Shown here: positions 38,266-50,359 of the stretch, piece after piece
Layout: each line of letters begins with the position of its first letter
How positions within the stretch are numbered: the first letter of the stretch is position 1
Origin: Patescibacteria group bacterium
GTDB lineage: Bacteria > Patescibacteriota > Minisyncoccia > Phycocordibacterales > PALSA-1337
NCBI GenBank assembly: GCA_024654575.1
Contig: JANLHG010000005.1
Location: forward strand, 65,260 to 129,259
Direction: 5' to 3'
DNA length: 64,000 bases
Translations under genes and position numbers: made by a program
Notes under the pieces: generated by a model
Database searches by the model: none
Told to the model about the DNA's origin: nothing
Seen by the model: the letters and a program-made list of their open reading frames with translations, nothing else

Positions 38266-38559
38266 TCATTTTAAAAATCCTACAGATCTCCAGATTTCAT
38301 CCTCTGATTTACCACTCAATCTTAACAAAGATTTAAATATACTTTCATTCATATTTTTGTGTAAATTATTTGGCACTACAGTAATAAGACTTGCTTTACC
38401 GTCATCATCAGGCATATTTGGATTTCTAATAGTTGACGGATGTTTTGACCCACGACAAACTCGCAAACCAAGTTTTTCACCAGCTTTCATCCATTCCTCA
38501 ACCCTTTTTATATTTCCAAGTCTAATATATAAATCTTTCCGCTTTATATCATTAGACAT
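38266..38559 (-). CDS. hicA: HicA-like mRNA interferase toxin (YcfA family), N-terminally extended
   Basis: ..GLRVCRGSKHPSTIRNPN....KASLITVVPNNLHKNMNESIFKSLLRLSG resembles HicA GSH..VVP.H...L..GTL..IL core. Confidence 0.5.
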   Translation of the reverse strand: MSNDIKRKDLYIRLGNIKRVEEWMKAGEKLGLRVCRGSKHPSTIRNPNMPDDDGKASLITVVPNNLHKNMNESIFKSLLRLSGKSEDEIWRSVGFLK

Positions 38560-38571
38560 GAAAATTTATAT

Positions 38572-38892
38572 TTAAGCTATTGCAGGAGTTTCTTGTTGTT
38601 TGAATTCTTGAAAAGAAAAAAATGGAGTTTCTTCAATCTCTACACTAAAAGCAGCATATATAGATTCTCTAATCTGAGATTTTATTTCTGAATCAGTAGG
38701 ATTAGTATTTGTCCCTCCAGCAATCACTCCATCAATTTCATTACATTCAGCCATCCAACCATTCTCATTTTTTAAAAACTTAAAAGTCAACATTTTACCA
38801 ATTTTTCTCAATTCGTTTTCCACTCTAACTCTTTCACTTGGTGAAATATTTGTATCTCCCTCGAATATAAGCCCTATTTTTTGATTTTCCAT
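38572..38892 (-). CDS. hicB: HicB-like antitoxin (UPF0150/RNase H-like fold)
   Basis: IGLIFEGD....WMAECNEIDGVIAGGTN..SEIKSQIRESI pattern of HicB N-domain; gene pair with hicA-like downstream (antitoxin-first order). Confidence 0.5.
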   Translation of the reverse strand: MENQKIGLIFEGDTNISPSERVRVENELRKIGKMLTFKFLKNENGWMAECNEIDGVIAGGTNTNPTDSEIKSQIRESIYAAFSVEIEETPFFSFQEFKQQETPAIA

Positions 38893-39028
38893 ATATTTTA
38901 TATTATACCTTGCAGGTAAATAGGTACACTAGCATAACTGTGCATAACTATGCAACTAATTATACCACCCCATAGGCAAGACCTATGGGGTATACACAAT
39001 AACTTTTATAGTATAAAATGCTTTCATT

Positions 39029-39595
39029 ATGGCATTGCTTGAATATAGTGAAGTAGTTGAGAGAAAATACATCATTCTTGATGGGCAACCATATGAGGTT
39101 ATTTCTTCGCATGTTTTTAGAAAACAACAAAGAAAACCGGTAAACGCCACCAAATTAAAAAATCTGATGACTGGTAAAGTAACTGAACACTCATATCATC
39201 AATCAGAAAAAATAGAAGAAGCGGAAATCGAAAAACGACCAGTAAAATTTTTATATCAAAATCGCGGAGAATACTGGTTTTGCGAAAATGATAATCCAAG
39301 CAAAAGATTTAAAGTTACAAATGAGAAAACGGGTCCTCAGGGCAAATTTTTGAAAGCTAATTCTGTAGTAGATATGCTTACCTTTAAAGAACAATTTATT
39401 GGTTTCAAATTCCCTATCACTGTTGATTTAAAAGTTACAGAAGCTGCTCCTTCTGTCAAAGGAAATACCGTTACTGGAGGACTAAAAATTGTTACTTTAG
39501 AAACAGGAGCAACGATAAATGTCCCCTTGTTTGTAAACGAAGGGGACATTATCCGAATCAATACCGAAACTGCAGAATACAGAGAAAGAATCTAA
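39029..39595 (+). CDS. efp: Elongation factor P
   Basis: 188 aa three-domain EF-P; KPVNATKLKNLMTGKV (lysine loop region), C-terminal OB folds. Confidence 0.85.
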   Translation: MALLEYSEVVERKYIILDGQPYEVISSHVFRKQQRKPVNATKLKNLMTGKVTEHSYHQSEKIEEAEIEKRPVKFLYQNRGEYWFCENDNPSKRFKVTNEKTGPQGKFLKANSVVDMLTFKEQFIGFKFPITVDLKVTEAAPSVKGNTVTGGLKIVTLETGATINVPLFVNEGDIIRINTETAEYRERI

Positions 39596-39596
39596 T

Positions 39597-40499
39597 CTAC
39601 TTTAATTCATTAAGCTTTGCTCTAGTCTTTGGACCGACAGTACCATATCCGGGATCTCCAGGATTAGCTACACCGTATTTGACTTGAAATCTTCCTACAG
39701 CATCTTCCGTAAGAGAACCGAAGAAATCTGTTTCATTACCAATTGAACCAACTCCTGTTTGAGCAATACGAGTGTCACTATCCGAGTTTAATATAACCTG
39801 TAATGTTTTTACATCATCACCAGATATTCCTTTAGATAAATGTCGAGTAAAATTCGCTGACGACGGAACGCTTATTGTCATTGAAGCACCAGTACCCATA
39901 AGCGATGCTTGGACATTTGCTATTGTCGTTGCTTCAGCTCCAAATGACTGGAGTAATCCTATGATTGCAGAAATTTGAACAGATGTAAGTTTTGAAGAAA
40001 CTGTTGAAGTAACAACGGGTATTACTGGTACGACAACTGGAGCTACATAGGCTACGGTTGAACCTCCACCTCCCCCACCTCTACTACTACTACCTGAACC
40101 AGAAGTTCCTGAAGAAAAACTACAATTGACATTAGCATCTGGTGTAACTGTAACGGTAGCTGTTGCTCCACCAGTAGGTGAAGAAAGTACAAGGCCAGAA
40201 TAAGTATCGGTACATTCTTCTGTTACATACAAACTTGAAGAATCGGTATTAAGTTGATATCTATTTCCAGACCTAACGGTAAGGGTAGAACCAGCATCGA
40301 GAGTTACTGAAAAATGGTCTGTATCCACAGTAATGCTATCTACAGCATCTGACGAACCACTTACGGCTAGAGATGTACTACTAAGACTAATGGTAGCATC
40401 TGTGGTCAAACTAACATCATTATACGAACCAGCAAACACCATCACTGGAAATAGCAAGATAACCCCTATACCTATTCTTAATTGATAATATTTAGACAT
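39597..40499 (-). CDS. Secreted Ser/Thr/Gly-rich surface protein with C-terminal peptidoglycan-binding domain (PG_binding_1)
   Basis: Signal peptide; low-complexity S/T/G region (GGGGGG run); C-terminal DVKTLQVILN...FGSLTEDAVGRFQ...GTVGPKT pattern of PGBD. Confidence 0.55.
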   Translation of the reverse strand: MSKYYQLRIGIGVILLFPVMVFAGSYNDVSLTTDATISLSSTSLAVSGSSDAVDSITVDTDHFSVTLDAGSTLTVRSGNRYQLNTDSSSLYVTEECTDTYSGLVLSSPTGGATATVTVTPDANVNCSFSSGTSGSGSSSRGGGGGGSTVAYVAPVVVPVIPVVTSTVSSKLTSVQISAIIGLLQSFGAEATTIANVQASLMGTGASMTISVPSSANFTRHLSKGISGDDVKTLQVILNSDSDTRIAQTGVGSIGNETDFFGSLTEDAVGRFQVKYGVANPGDPGYGTVGPKTRAKLNELK

Positions 40500-40508
40500 A
40501 GGAATAAT

Positions 40509-41045
40509 TTAACGAATAATAAGATAGTTAGTTGAAGAGCCAAAAGTTAAAACTGATGAAGGAATTCTGTCTGCACCAGTCAAATTAAGAAGTGTAACAT
40601 CAACAATACCTGTAGCTGTTGTTGAAGCTTGTGCTCCCTGCACAATAAACTGTGCTCCTATACCACCTACTCCACTAGTCGTTGTGGTTGCAAGAGTAAT
40701 AAATACTATATCTCCTGATGTAACATTTGAGATTGCGCACCAAGCACTACCCGTTGAAGTTGCTATAATAGATTGATCAGCTTTTAACGTACAAGTACCT
40801 TTTAGAACTTGTGTAAGTGCTGTTCCACTTGAACCAATAGCAACAGTTGAACTGTGAGTTGTTGCACCCGCAACAGCCAAAGTTGAACTCAAAGTAGTTG
40901 CACCAGTTACTGAAAGTGTCCCCGCAGTAGTAATGTTAGTGCTGATAGTAGTAGCAGCTGAAAGTGAAGCTGTAACCAGAAGTACTCCTACGACTACAGA
41001 AAGTACTACTGTAGAAAACTTTGCGTTTGATAAAAATTTTTTCAT
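40509..41045 (-). CDS. Secreted Thr/Ser/Ala-rich repeat protein
   Basis: Signal peptide + T/S/A/G low-complexity (TTAGTLSVTGATTLSSTLAVAGATTHSSTVAIG). Confidence 0.45.
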   Translation of the reverse strand: MKKFLSNAKFSTVVLSVVVGVLLVTASLSAATTISTNITTAGTLSVTGATTLSSTLAVAGATTHSSTVAIGSSGTALTQVLKGTCTLKADQSIIATSTGSAWCAISNVTSGDIVFITLATTTTSGVGGIGAQFIVQGAQASTTATGIVDVTLLNLTGADRIPSSVLTFGSSTNYLIIR

Positions 41046-41156
41046 ACAATGAACAAATTAAAAACTATTAATAATTAAAAACCTTCTAAGACAATATTTA
41101 GTATACATCTAAACTATATATATATAAAAAATATAAAAGTGGATAACTCAGAAAAG

Positions 41157-41366
41157 TTATCTAGACACAAAAGGAAGAAGCCCAATAAACCTAGCTTGTT
41201 TTACAGCAATGGAAAGTTTTCTTTGAAAATGAGCACTTAGACCTGTTTTTTTTCTAGAAAGCATTCGTCCATGTGGATTCAAAAACTTTTTAAGAATATC
41301 AACATCTTTATAATCAACGTGTTTTATATTATTTTGCGAAAAATAGCATTGTTTCATAGTAGTCAT
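41157..41366 (-). CDS. rpsR: 30S ribosomal protein S18
   Basis: DYKDVDILKKFLNPHGRMLSRKKTGLSAHFQRKLSIAVKQARFIGLLPF. Confidence 0.85.
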   Translation of the reverse strand: MTTMKQCYFSQNNIKHVDYKDVDILKKFLNPHGRMLSRKKTGLSAHFQRKLSIAVKQARFIGLLPFVSR

Positions 41367-41376
41367 AAAATTTTAA

Positions 41377-41817
41377 TTAAAATGGTATATCTTCTGGATT
41401 AATTTCCTCTTCTGGATACTCTATAGCCCCCTCAGCTGGTGCATCTACAGCTGACGATGGTGTAGCCATAGCTGGTGATCCAGTACCACCAGATTTTGGA
41501 CCAAACTGAAATCTTTCTGCCACTACTTCTGTCCTATATTTCTTTTGACCTTCTTTATCTTGCCAACTTCTATTTTGAATTCTACCTTCCACAAACACTC
41601 CTGCTCCTTTTTTCAAGTACTGTGCAGCAGTTTCTGCTTGTCTACCAAATAAAACAATATTATGAAAATCTGTAGATTCTTGTTTTGCTCCATTTTTATC
41701 TTTCCAGACACGATTAGTAGCGATACTAAAAGAAGTGACTTTAATACCAGATGGAAGAGCTCGAACCTCAGGGTCACGAGTAATATTTCCATATAATAAT
41801 ACTTTGTTTAAATACAT
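41377..41817 (-). CDS. ssb: Single-stranded DNA-binding protein
   Basis: OB-fold N-domain (NKVLLYGNITRDPEVR..), acidic C-terminal tail ending EEDIPF. Confidence 0.85.
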   Translation of the reverse strand: MYLNKVLLYGNITRDPEVRALPSGIKVTSFSIATNRVWKDKNGAKQESTDFHNIVLFGRQAETAAQYLKKGAGVFVEGRIQNRSWQDKEGQKKYRTEVVAERFQFGPKSGGTGSPAMATPSSAVDAPAEGAIEYPEEEINPEDIPF

Positions 41818-41830
41818 AAAATTAATTATA

Positions 41831-42271
41831 TTATACTTCTTTCACCATTGCATCAATTTTCATATCAATTTCTTCGACAGAAATAAGTTTTTTATCTTCA
41901 TCTTTTTCAACTACCACTATAGGCTTTTGCGAAGCAAGAGTGCTTTCTTTAACTGTAGAAATAAGAAGATACCTTAAAATATTACTTTGAGAATCAAGAG
42001 CTTTTTTAATAGAATCAATTAAAGAAGATTGAATTTCAAATTTAACCCAACCAAAATAACCCTCATCGTGTTTGTTTATATTATAAGCAAGAGGTTGTAA
42101 TTTTGGAGTATCGCTAGAGATAATAACTCCACCCTCTTTTGTTACTATAGAATGAATAATTTCCATTTCTTCCAAAGCCTTATTTTCTGGAATAGAAGGA
42201 ACTAAAAAATAGCCCACCTCGTAGATCTTGTCACTATCTGTTATTTTGTTGCCTTCTTTTATATCTACCAT
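41831..42271 (-). CDS. rpsF: 30S ribosomal protein S6
   Basis: YEVGYFLVPSIPE...LAYNINKHDEGYFGWVKFE...NILRYLLI; classic rpsF-ssb-rpsR operon order. Confidence 0.8.
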   Translation of the reverse strand: MVDIKEGNKITDSDKIYEVGYFLVPSIPENKALEEMEIIHSIVTKEGGVIISSDTPKLQPLAYNINKHDEGYFGWVKFEIQSSLIDSIKKALDSQSNILRYLLISTVKESTLASQKPIVVVEKDEDKKLISVEEIDMKIDAMVKEV

Positions 42272-43501
42272 TTATTGGTACACATTATCATAGATAATCT
42301 TTCTTGCAAGTATAAGACCAGACACTATAAAAAGTCCTAATGAAAAACCCCCAATAACATCACTAAACCAGTGTACATTCAGGTAGACCCTACTAAAACC
42401 AATTATAAGAAATGAAAATATAGAAACAAGGCCTATAATCTCTCTAGCAAACTTACGTTTTGTGTGAGATTGTAAAATGTAAAATAATAGACAGAAAAAC
42501 ACTATCGAAAAAACAGCATGTCCTGAAGGAAAACTATATCCTGTATCAAGATACAAGGCATTTTCAGGACGGGTTCTTTCAACTAAATATTTAACGAAAG
42601 TAACCATCACTGCACTGGCTCCGATTGATGAAATAAAAAGAAAAAAATTATCCCATATTTTTTTATATGCTAATACCGCAACTATAATAATAGTGAAAAT
42701 TGTAATATTTAAAGGTGAAAAATAATTGGTTACAAAAAACATCATTTCTGTCAAAAATGGTGTTTGAATTACCGTCATTTTTAAATTAAACCAGACATCT
42801 AATTGAGCAAAAACAGACTTCTCACTAAAACTATCATCAAGCATTTTAAAGAAAACATACAAAGAAGCGATGTTAATTCCAAGAGTAAAAAGATGATATC
42901 TAGCAAAAATATGTCTACGATTATTTATGTATTTATAACCCCATATAATTAAAATAGATAATACAATAGCGATAAAAATAAATCGACCAACATATCTTGA
43001 GACAATCTCATAGCTAGCTCCAAATACATACCCAATGATTATAGATGAGACAGCCCAACTAATACCTCCTAGAATATTAAATATCCAAAATTTTTTGATA
43101 TGGACTCCTCCAGCACCAGCTAAATAAGGAGTAAACGGTCTAGCGATTGGATTAAACCTACTTAAAATAAGGGCTTTACCACTATGCATATGCATAATTT
43201 CTTTTATTTTTTCAATATAATTCTTTTTTATAAAAAAACGATGTCCGTATTTTTCTAAAAACGAATAACCATATTTCTTACCAAGTTTATAACCAATAAT
43301 ATCCCCACAAATAGCCCCCAGTGAAACAAAAAACATCAGTGGTAATAATTTTAGTATTCCAAGTTTCGCTAAAAATCCAGAAAAAAATACAATAGTATGA
43401 CCAGGAATAAAAGAACCTACGACGGGAGTAGCCTCAAGTACAGATACCACAAAAACAATCCAATATCCGCCATGTTCTAAAATAAGACGCAAAAATTCCA
43501 T
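42272..43501 (-). CDS. DedA/SNARE-associated domain fused to PAP2 (type-2 phosphatidic acid phosphatase) domain membrane protein
   Basis: N-terminal DedA pattern (YWIVFVVSVLEATPVVGSFIPG...); C-terminal PAP2 motifs KxxxxRxRP-like (ERTRPE), FPSGHA, SRVYLNVHWFSDV. Confidence 0.65.
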   Translation of the reverse strand: MEFLRLILEHGGYWIVFVVSVLEATPVVGSFIPGHTIVFFSGFLAKLGILKLLPLMFFVSLGAICGDIIGYKLGKKYGYSFLEKYGHRFFIKKNYIEKIKEIMHMHSGKALILSRFNPIARPFTPYLAGAGGVHIKKFWIFNILGGISWAVSSIIIGYVFGASYEIVSRYVGRFIFIAIVLSILIIWGYKYINNRRHIFARYHLFTLGINIASLYVFFKMLDDSFSEKSVFAQLDVWFNLKMTVIQTPFLTEMMFFVTNYFSPLNITIFTIIIVAVLAYKKIWDNFFLFISSIGASAVMVTFVKYLVERTRPENALYLDTGYSFPSGHAVFSIVFFCLLFYILQSHTKRKFAREIIGLVSIFSFLIIGFSRVYLNVHWFSDVIGGFSLGLFIVSGLILARKIIYDNVYQ

Positions 43502-43510
43502 ATTTTTTAA

Positions 43511-44386
43511 TTATATCATATACAAATCTTGATTATATCCACCAACCCCAACATAATACGCATCTCCAGCAATAATTTTTTCAAAAGGTTTACAAAAAAA
43601 GCAACCTTCATTTCCTTTCTGACAAAATAAAGTTTTTGAATCACGAGATGACTTTAGTTTTGAAGCAATTTCAATAACACGATTATACGAATCTTCCACT
43701 GAAGGTAATTTTACAGAAATCGGTTCGTTATCACGATCTAAATACCAGTAACTCGCTCCACTAACCTTTCTTTTCTGTAAATTTTTTAAAAGTAATTGAT
43801 AAATAGGCAATTGAAGTGAATCTTCACTTTCATCGTTTTTTCCAGTTTTGAAATCAAGAACATGAACACTATTGTCATCTGGAACATACGATAACCAATC
43901 TATTTTGCCACATAAAATAATATTTTGGTCTTCCGATAAAAAATAGCTAGGCAATTCCTGTTTTATTTTTACGGTTTTTTTGATAAGAATACCGGGATTA
44001 TTCATAACCCTTTTTATCATTTCTCTAGCTTTATCTTTTACTAATAATTCTTCCTTTTTATTTTTAAATCCACCCATTTTACCAGAAACTTTTTTCCAAG
44101 CTTCTTCCAATTTTTCTAAATTACAATGTTTCATTCTTTCTTCAGCACTAAAATTACTCAAATTTTCCAAAACTTCATGGACAGCTATTCCGAGCGCTAA
44201 AGAAGGATTTATTATATTTATTTTTCTACCAGTATTCGGATTTTTATAAACATTGTGTAGATAATAAGCGCGAGGACACTTCAAAAAATCTCCCATCGAG
44301 GAATGCGATACCCACGTTGCTGTATATTTATCTTTAGACATATTTTTTTGTTCCACTAGCTTTTGTAATAAAGGCCTTATGTACAT
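43511..44386 (-). CDS. PD-(D/E)xK nuclease with 4-Cys cluster (Cas4/RecB/Dna2-nuclease-like)
   Basis: N-terminal Cys in LKCPRAYY; motif II ILCGKIDWL; motif III VHVLDFKTGK; QLPIYQLL (QhxxY); C-terminal CQKGNEGCFFC. Likely start at internal MSKDKY (about 44341) immediately after the helicase stop. Confidence 0.65.
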   Translation of the reverse strand: MYIRPLLQKLVEQKNMSKDKYTATWVSHSSMGDFLKCPRAYYLHNVYKNPNTGRKINIINPSLALGIAVHEVLENLSNFSAEERMKHCNLEKLEEAWKKVSGKMGGFKNKKEELLVKDKAREMIKRVMNNPGILIKKTVKIKQELPSYFLSEDQNIILCGKIDWLSYVPDDNSVHVLDFKTGKNDESEDSLQLPIYQLLLKNLQKRKVSGASYWYLDRDNEPISVKLPSVEDSYNRVIEIASKLKSSRDSKTLFCQKGNEGCFFCKPFEKIIAGDAYYVGVGGYNQDLYMI

Positions 44387-45665
44387 CTTTCTTTTCTCCA
44401 GCAGAAAATGAATCTATATAATTTCTAGATTTCATTGAATTTTCTTTAAGAATTCTATCAAAAGCAAGAGCATTTTTATCTATCATGAGAGCTACATCAT
44501 TAAAACCAATTAATTTTAAACCCGCTAATGTTCGTACTCGTGAAAGGGCTACGTATCCCTGCCCTGCCACAAATGATTTTGAAAGATCAATTTCAGCTCT
44601 ATCCAAACTCATTCCCTGACTTTTATGAACCGTAATAGCCCAAGCTAAACGTAATGGAATTTGTTCAATTCCCGCCTTAATTTTACCATCTTCTTCTATG
44701 GTCCAAGTTTCTCTCTCAACAATAATTTTCCGACCAGAAAGTGTTTTTACTATCGGCATATTATTTTTAAAATCTACTATTTTACCCAAGGTCCCATTAA
44801 CATAATCCAATTCATAATTATTTTTAACAAACATCACACTGGCTCCTTTTTTCAGACGTAATTTTTCTGGTGCTAAACAACTTTTTTTAATACTTTCCAC
44901 TAAATTCGCCGAACCTCTACTGGTCATAGTATATGTTTCTATCTCACCATCTAATTTATTTAATTCTTCATCATTAATTGAATCAACATCGGCATTGTGA
45001 GTATAAAGTTTTGTCGCCATATCAAGCTTCACATTCATTCTTGATTCCAATAGTTTTTTTAATTCATCTGTGACTTTTCCAGCTCGAATGTGATTCAAAA
45101 ACTTAGTAAAATCATCATCAGATTGACGATGCTGTTCGTGTAAGTAACAAATTCTTATATCAGAATTTTTCCAAGCTTTTGAATTATGTGCTGACTCTGA
45201 ATTTTGATTTCTTGAAATAGGTGGTAACTGAAAAAAATCTCCACAAAGAACAACTTGCATACCACCAAACGGTTCATTATTTCTTTTAAATAACCGACAA
45301 ACCCTTTCTACCATATCCAATCGAGTGGCTTCAAGCATTGAAATCTCATCGATAATCAAAACATTTGTTTTTTTAAAATGGTTCCAGAGGTATTGTTTCT
45401 GTTCAATGTGGTCAATATCATAATCAGAAAGAAAATCTTTGATACCAATACCCGTCCATGAATGAATAGTTGTTCCGTTCATATGAGTAGCAGCGATACC
45501 TGTTGAAGCTGTAACACCGACACCAACATCGTGAGTTTTTAAATATTTAATATATTGATTCAAAACATAAGTTTTCCCACTTCCCGCTGAACCAGTTAAG
45601 TAAACATTATGTCCCATTTTTAAAATATCTAGAGCATCTTTTTGAGTCATAATATTAAATACCAA
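44334..45665 (-). CDS. Pif1-family SF1B DNA helicase
   Basis: VYLTGSAGSGKTYVLNQYIKYLK (Walker A, Pif1-like), DEISML (Walker B), GDFFQLPPI (Pif1 motif III), C-terminal 2B/SH3-like region. Confidence 0.75.
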   Translation of the reverse strand: MVFNIMTQKDALDILKMGHNVYLTGSAGSGKTYVLNQYIKYLKTHDVGVGVTASTGIAATHMNGTTIHSWTGIGIKDFLSDYDIDHIEQKQYLWNHFKKTNVLIIDEISMLEATRLDMVERVCRLFKRNNEPFGGMQVVLCGDFFQLPPISRNQNSESAHNSKAWKNSDIRICYLHEQHRQSDDDFTKFLNHIRAGKVTDELKKLLESRMNVKLDMATKLYTHNADVDSINDEELNKLDGEIETYTMTSRGSANLVESIKKSCLAPEKLRLKKGASVMFVKNNYELDYVNGTLGKIVDFKNNMPIVKTLSGRKIIVERETWTIEEDGKIKAGIEQIPLRLAWAITVHKSQGMSLDRAEIDLSKSFVAGQGYVALSRVRTLAGLKLIGFNDVALMIDKNALAFDRILKENSMKSRNYIDSFSAGEKKDVHKAFITKASGTKKYV

Positions 45666-45809
45666 CTAATTTTATAGCTAGATAAAGAACAGCTACTCCA
45701 ATTAATGATTATCATAATGGCTTATTATAATTCAATTTCTGTTTTTATTCTATTATTGACAATAAAATTAACTAATGTTAGCGTATGAAATAGAAAGGAG
45801 GTGAGAAAT

Positions 45810-46169
45810 GTGAAAGTTGGACAAATAATCAATCAACTGGAATTACAACGAGGACATCGTAACGAAGAAAGAGTGGTAAACGCAGTATTGTCTGCAAATC
45901 TACCATGGATTCATTCGGTTCAACTAGCAAACAAAGAAGAAGATTGTCATGGTATTGATGTAGTCATTAATACCGATGTAGGAAAACTTTTTTTTCAAAT
46001 TAAAAGCTCCTATTACGGGAAAAAAAAGTTTCTTTATACACATAGAAAGTCTCGGACTCGGATCGCCATCATTGTCCTTAATCGTTATTTAACAGAAAAA
46101 GAGTTTCAAAAAATAGTAGAAGAAGCGATTCAGTCAGAGTATCAAACAATCCTCGCTATGCGAGAATAA
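45810..46169 (+). CDS. Hypothetical small protein (about 119 aa), possible PD-(D/E)xK-like core
   Basis: GTG start 9 nt after perfect Shine-Dalgarno aaggagg; ..CHGIDVVINTD..KLFFQIKSS.. reminiscent of D..(E/Q)xK nuclease cores; no confident family. Confidence 0.35.
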   Translation: MKVGQIINQLELQRGHRNEERVVNAVLSANLPWIHSVQLANKEEDCHGIDVVINTDVGKLFFQIKSSYYGKKKFLYTHRKSRTRIAIIVLNRYLTEKEFQKIVEEAIQSEYQTILAMRE

Positions 46170-46229
46170 AGTTAAAACCCTTCACAGTCGCATATTGTGG
46201 GGGGATTTTTACTTGTAGGAGCCAGGCTC

Positions 46230-48737
<2,508 letters not shown>

Positions 48738-48741
<4 letters not shown>

Positions 48742-49220
48742 GGTGTCGGTGCAAAAATATCCATCATATTTTCTTGTATAGTAAATGTTTGTGTAAATAA
48801 ACTAGTATTCCAAGAAATTTTAACCTCTATCATCGCATTATTTTCTACTGTATCATCAATATTAATAGTACGAGTAAAACCAGATTTAATTCCTCCATTA
48901 CCATAACCATACTGACCATTACTGCTATTATAAAGTAATTCTCCAGAATTACTTTTTGTGCCTGCAATAGTATCAATCATACAATCTGTATTTAAACACA
49001 AATCAAGTTCTTCAAGCCAAGATTTTGATGCTAAAAAATTACCATCTCTTACACTTCTAATATACTCAACAGCATCTTGAGCTAAATAATATGCTGTAAC
49101 TTGGTCTTTAGCATAAAGTGCAGATTGCACACCTCTATGAGCAATAGTAAGAGGACCTGTGACAGCCAACATCATTATCGCAACGGCTACTAATGTTTCT
49201 ATAAGTGTAAATCCTTTCAT
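48738..49220 (-). CDS. Type IV minor pilin (prepilin N-terminal methylation motif)
   Basis: MKGFTLIETLVAVAIMMLAVTG: G|FTLIE class III signal. Confidence 0.6.
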
Positions 49221-49221
49221 A

Positions 49222-49785
49222 TTAAAAATCTAAAGCTCTCTGAGTTATTGTTGTTTGTAAATTAAAATTTGTTTGATTTTTCAGCTTATCAAGCCCCGCG
49301 TAACCTTGAATTATCATAAAAATTTTAGGTTGCAAACTATCTCCCGGAGTAGTACCTGTCGAAACAAACTCAACATTGGTAATTTTCACTTCCGGAGCAG
49401 TGATGGGGATAGCTATAGAAGCTCCTTTCACTTTTTCAAATTCAATTCTATTTTGAGCTTCATTAAATATATATTTTGATGTCACGGATTCATAACCATT
49501 ACTAAATGCAACACCCTTTCCATCCGGGTCTACTACATAATCTTTACCTATTCTCAAATTTCTTGACATATCTTCCATAGCAAAATTGAGATTATTAATA
49601 ACTGATTTAAGAGCTTGAGTTTTTTTAGCTCCGCTAATAATTGAAAGCAATGCACCCGCTGCTACCAAAACCACAATACTAAAAACTGCTAAAGAAACCA
49701 TAATTTCAATTAATGAAAATCCTTTATTTTTATTTAAATAATTATTGACCATTTTGAATTGATATTTGACCTGTCTCTTGTACAA
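49222..49785 (-). CDS. Type IV minor pilin (start likely internal Met about 49752)
   Basis: NKGFSLIEIMVSLAVFSIVVLVAAGALLSI prepilin motif. Confidence 0.55.
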   Translation of the reverse strand: MYKRQVKYQFKMVNNYLNKNKGFSLIEIMVSLAVFSIVVLVAAGALLSIISGAKKTQALKSVINNLNFAMEDMSRNLRIGKDYVVDPDGKGVAFSNGYESVTSKYIFNEAQNRIEFEKVKGASIAIPITAPEVKITNVEFVSTGTTPGDSLQPKIFMIIQGYAGLDKLKNQTNFNLQTTITQRALDF

Positions 49786-50356
49786 TTATATCCTTTATCA
49801 CACCATTTCCTGAAGCCTTTACTTGAATTCGAGCATAACCGTAATAGTTTCCAGAAGTAGCATTAATGACAGCTGATGGGTCTGGACGATTAAATGTAAT
49901 ATCTAAAAATGTATCATCACAAACTTCCGTAAGACCCCCTATGTTACCAATACTACTACCCACACAAAACTTTTCTACAACAATCCCTTTTTTTAATATA
50001 AAAGTATTCACTTTCGTATCATTACCACTAGTTCCTCCATCATATTTACCATCTCCAGTACTTATTCCCGTATCTTTATTCGCGTTATTTAAATCTTGCT
50101 TATCAGTAAATACAACAAAAGATTTATCATTACTACTATCAAAATGAACTCCGTAAGCCACATTAAAATCATTCAAATTCCCTTTAACATTTATTCCGTA
50201 GGTTTGTGTTTCGCGAATGGTGAGTGCTATCTCATAAGCCAAATTTGTTAAAATAATTCCTCCATTAAAAGATTGATATTTCGCTAACACAAGTCCTGTG
50301 ACCACTGCAAATATGGAAATTGAGACTAAAAGCTCTATTAGAGTAAAACCTTTCAT
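49742..50356 (-). CDS. Type IV minor pilin (PilV/FimT-like)
   Basis: MKGFTLIELLVSISIFAVVTGLVLAKY. Confidence 0.6.
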   Translation of the reverse strand: MKGFTLIELLVSISIFAVVTGLVLAKYQSFNGGIILTNLAYEIALTIRETQTYGINVKGNLNDFNVAYGVHFDSSNDKSFVVFTDKQDLNNANKDTGISTGDGKYDGGTSGNDTKVNTFILKKGIVVEKFCVGSSIGNIGGLTEVCDDTFLDITFNRPDPSAVINATSGNYYGYARIQVKASGNGVIKDIIVQETGQISIQNGQ

Positions 50357-50359
50357 ACT

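Noticed and set aside
39990-40140. Short tandem triplet repeats (ggtggaggtggagg / actactactacc)
   Set aside because: Coding low-complexity (Gly/Ser runs) inside the surface protein gene. Not a CRISPR or non-coding repeat array.
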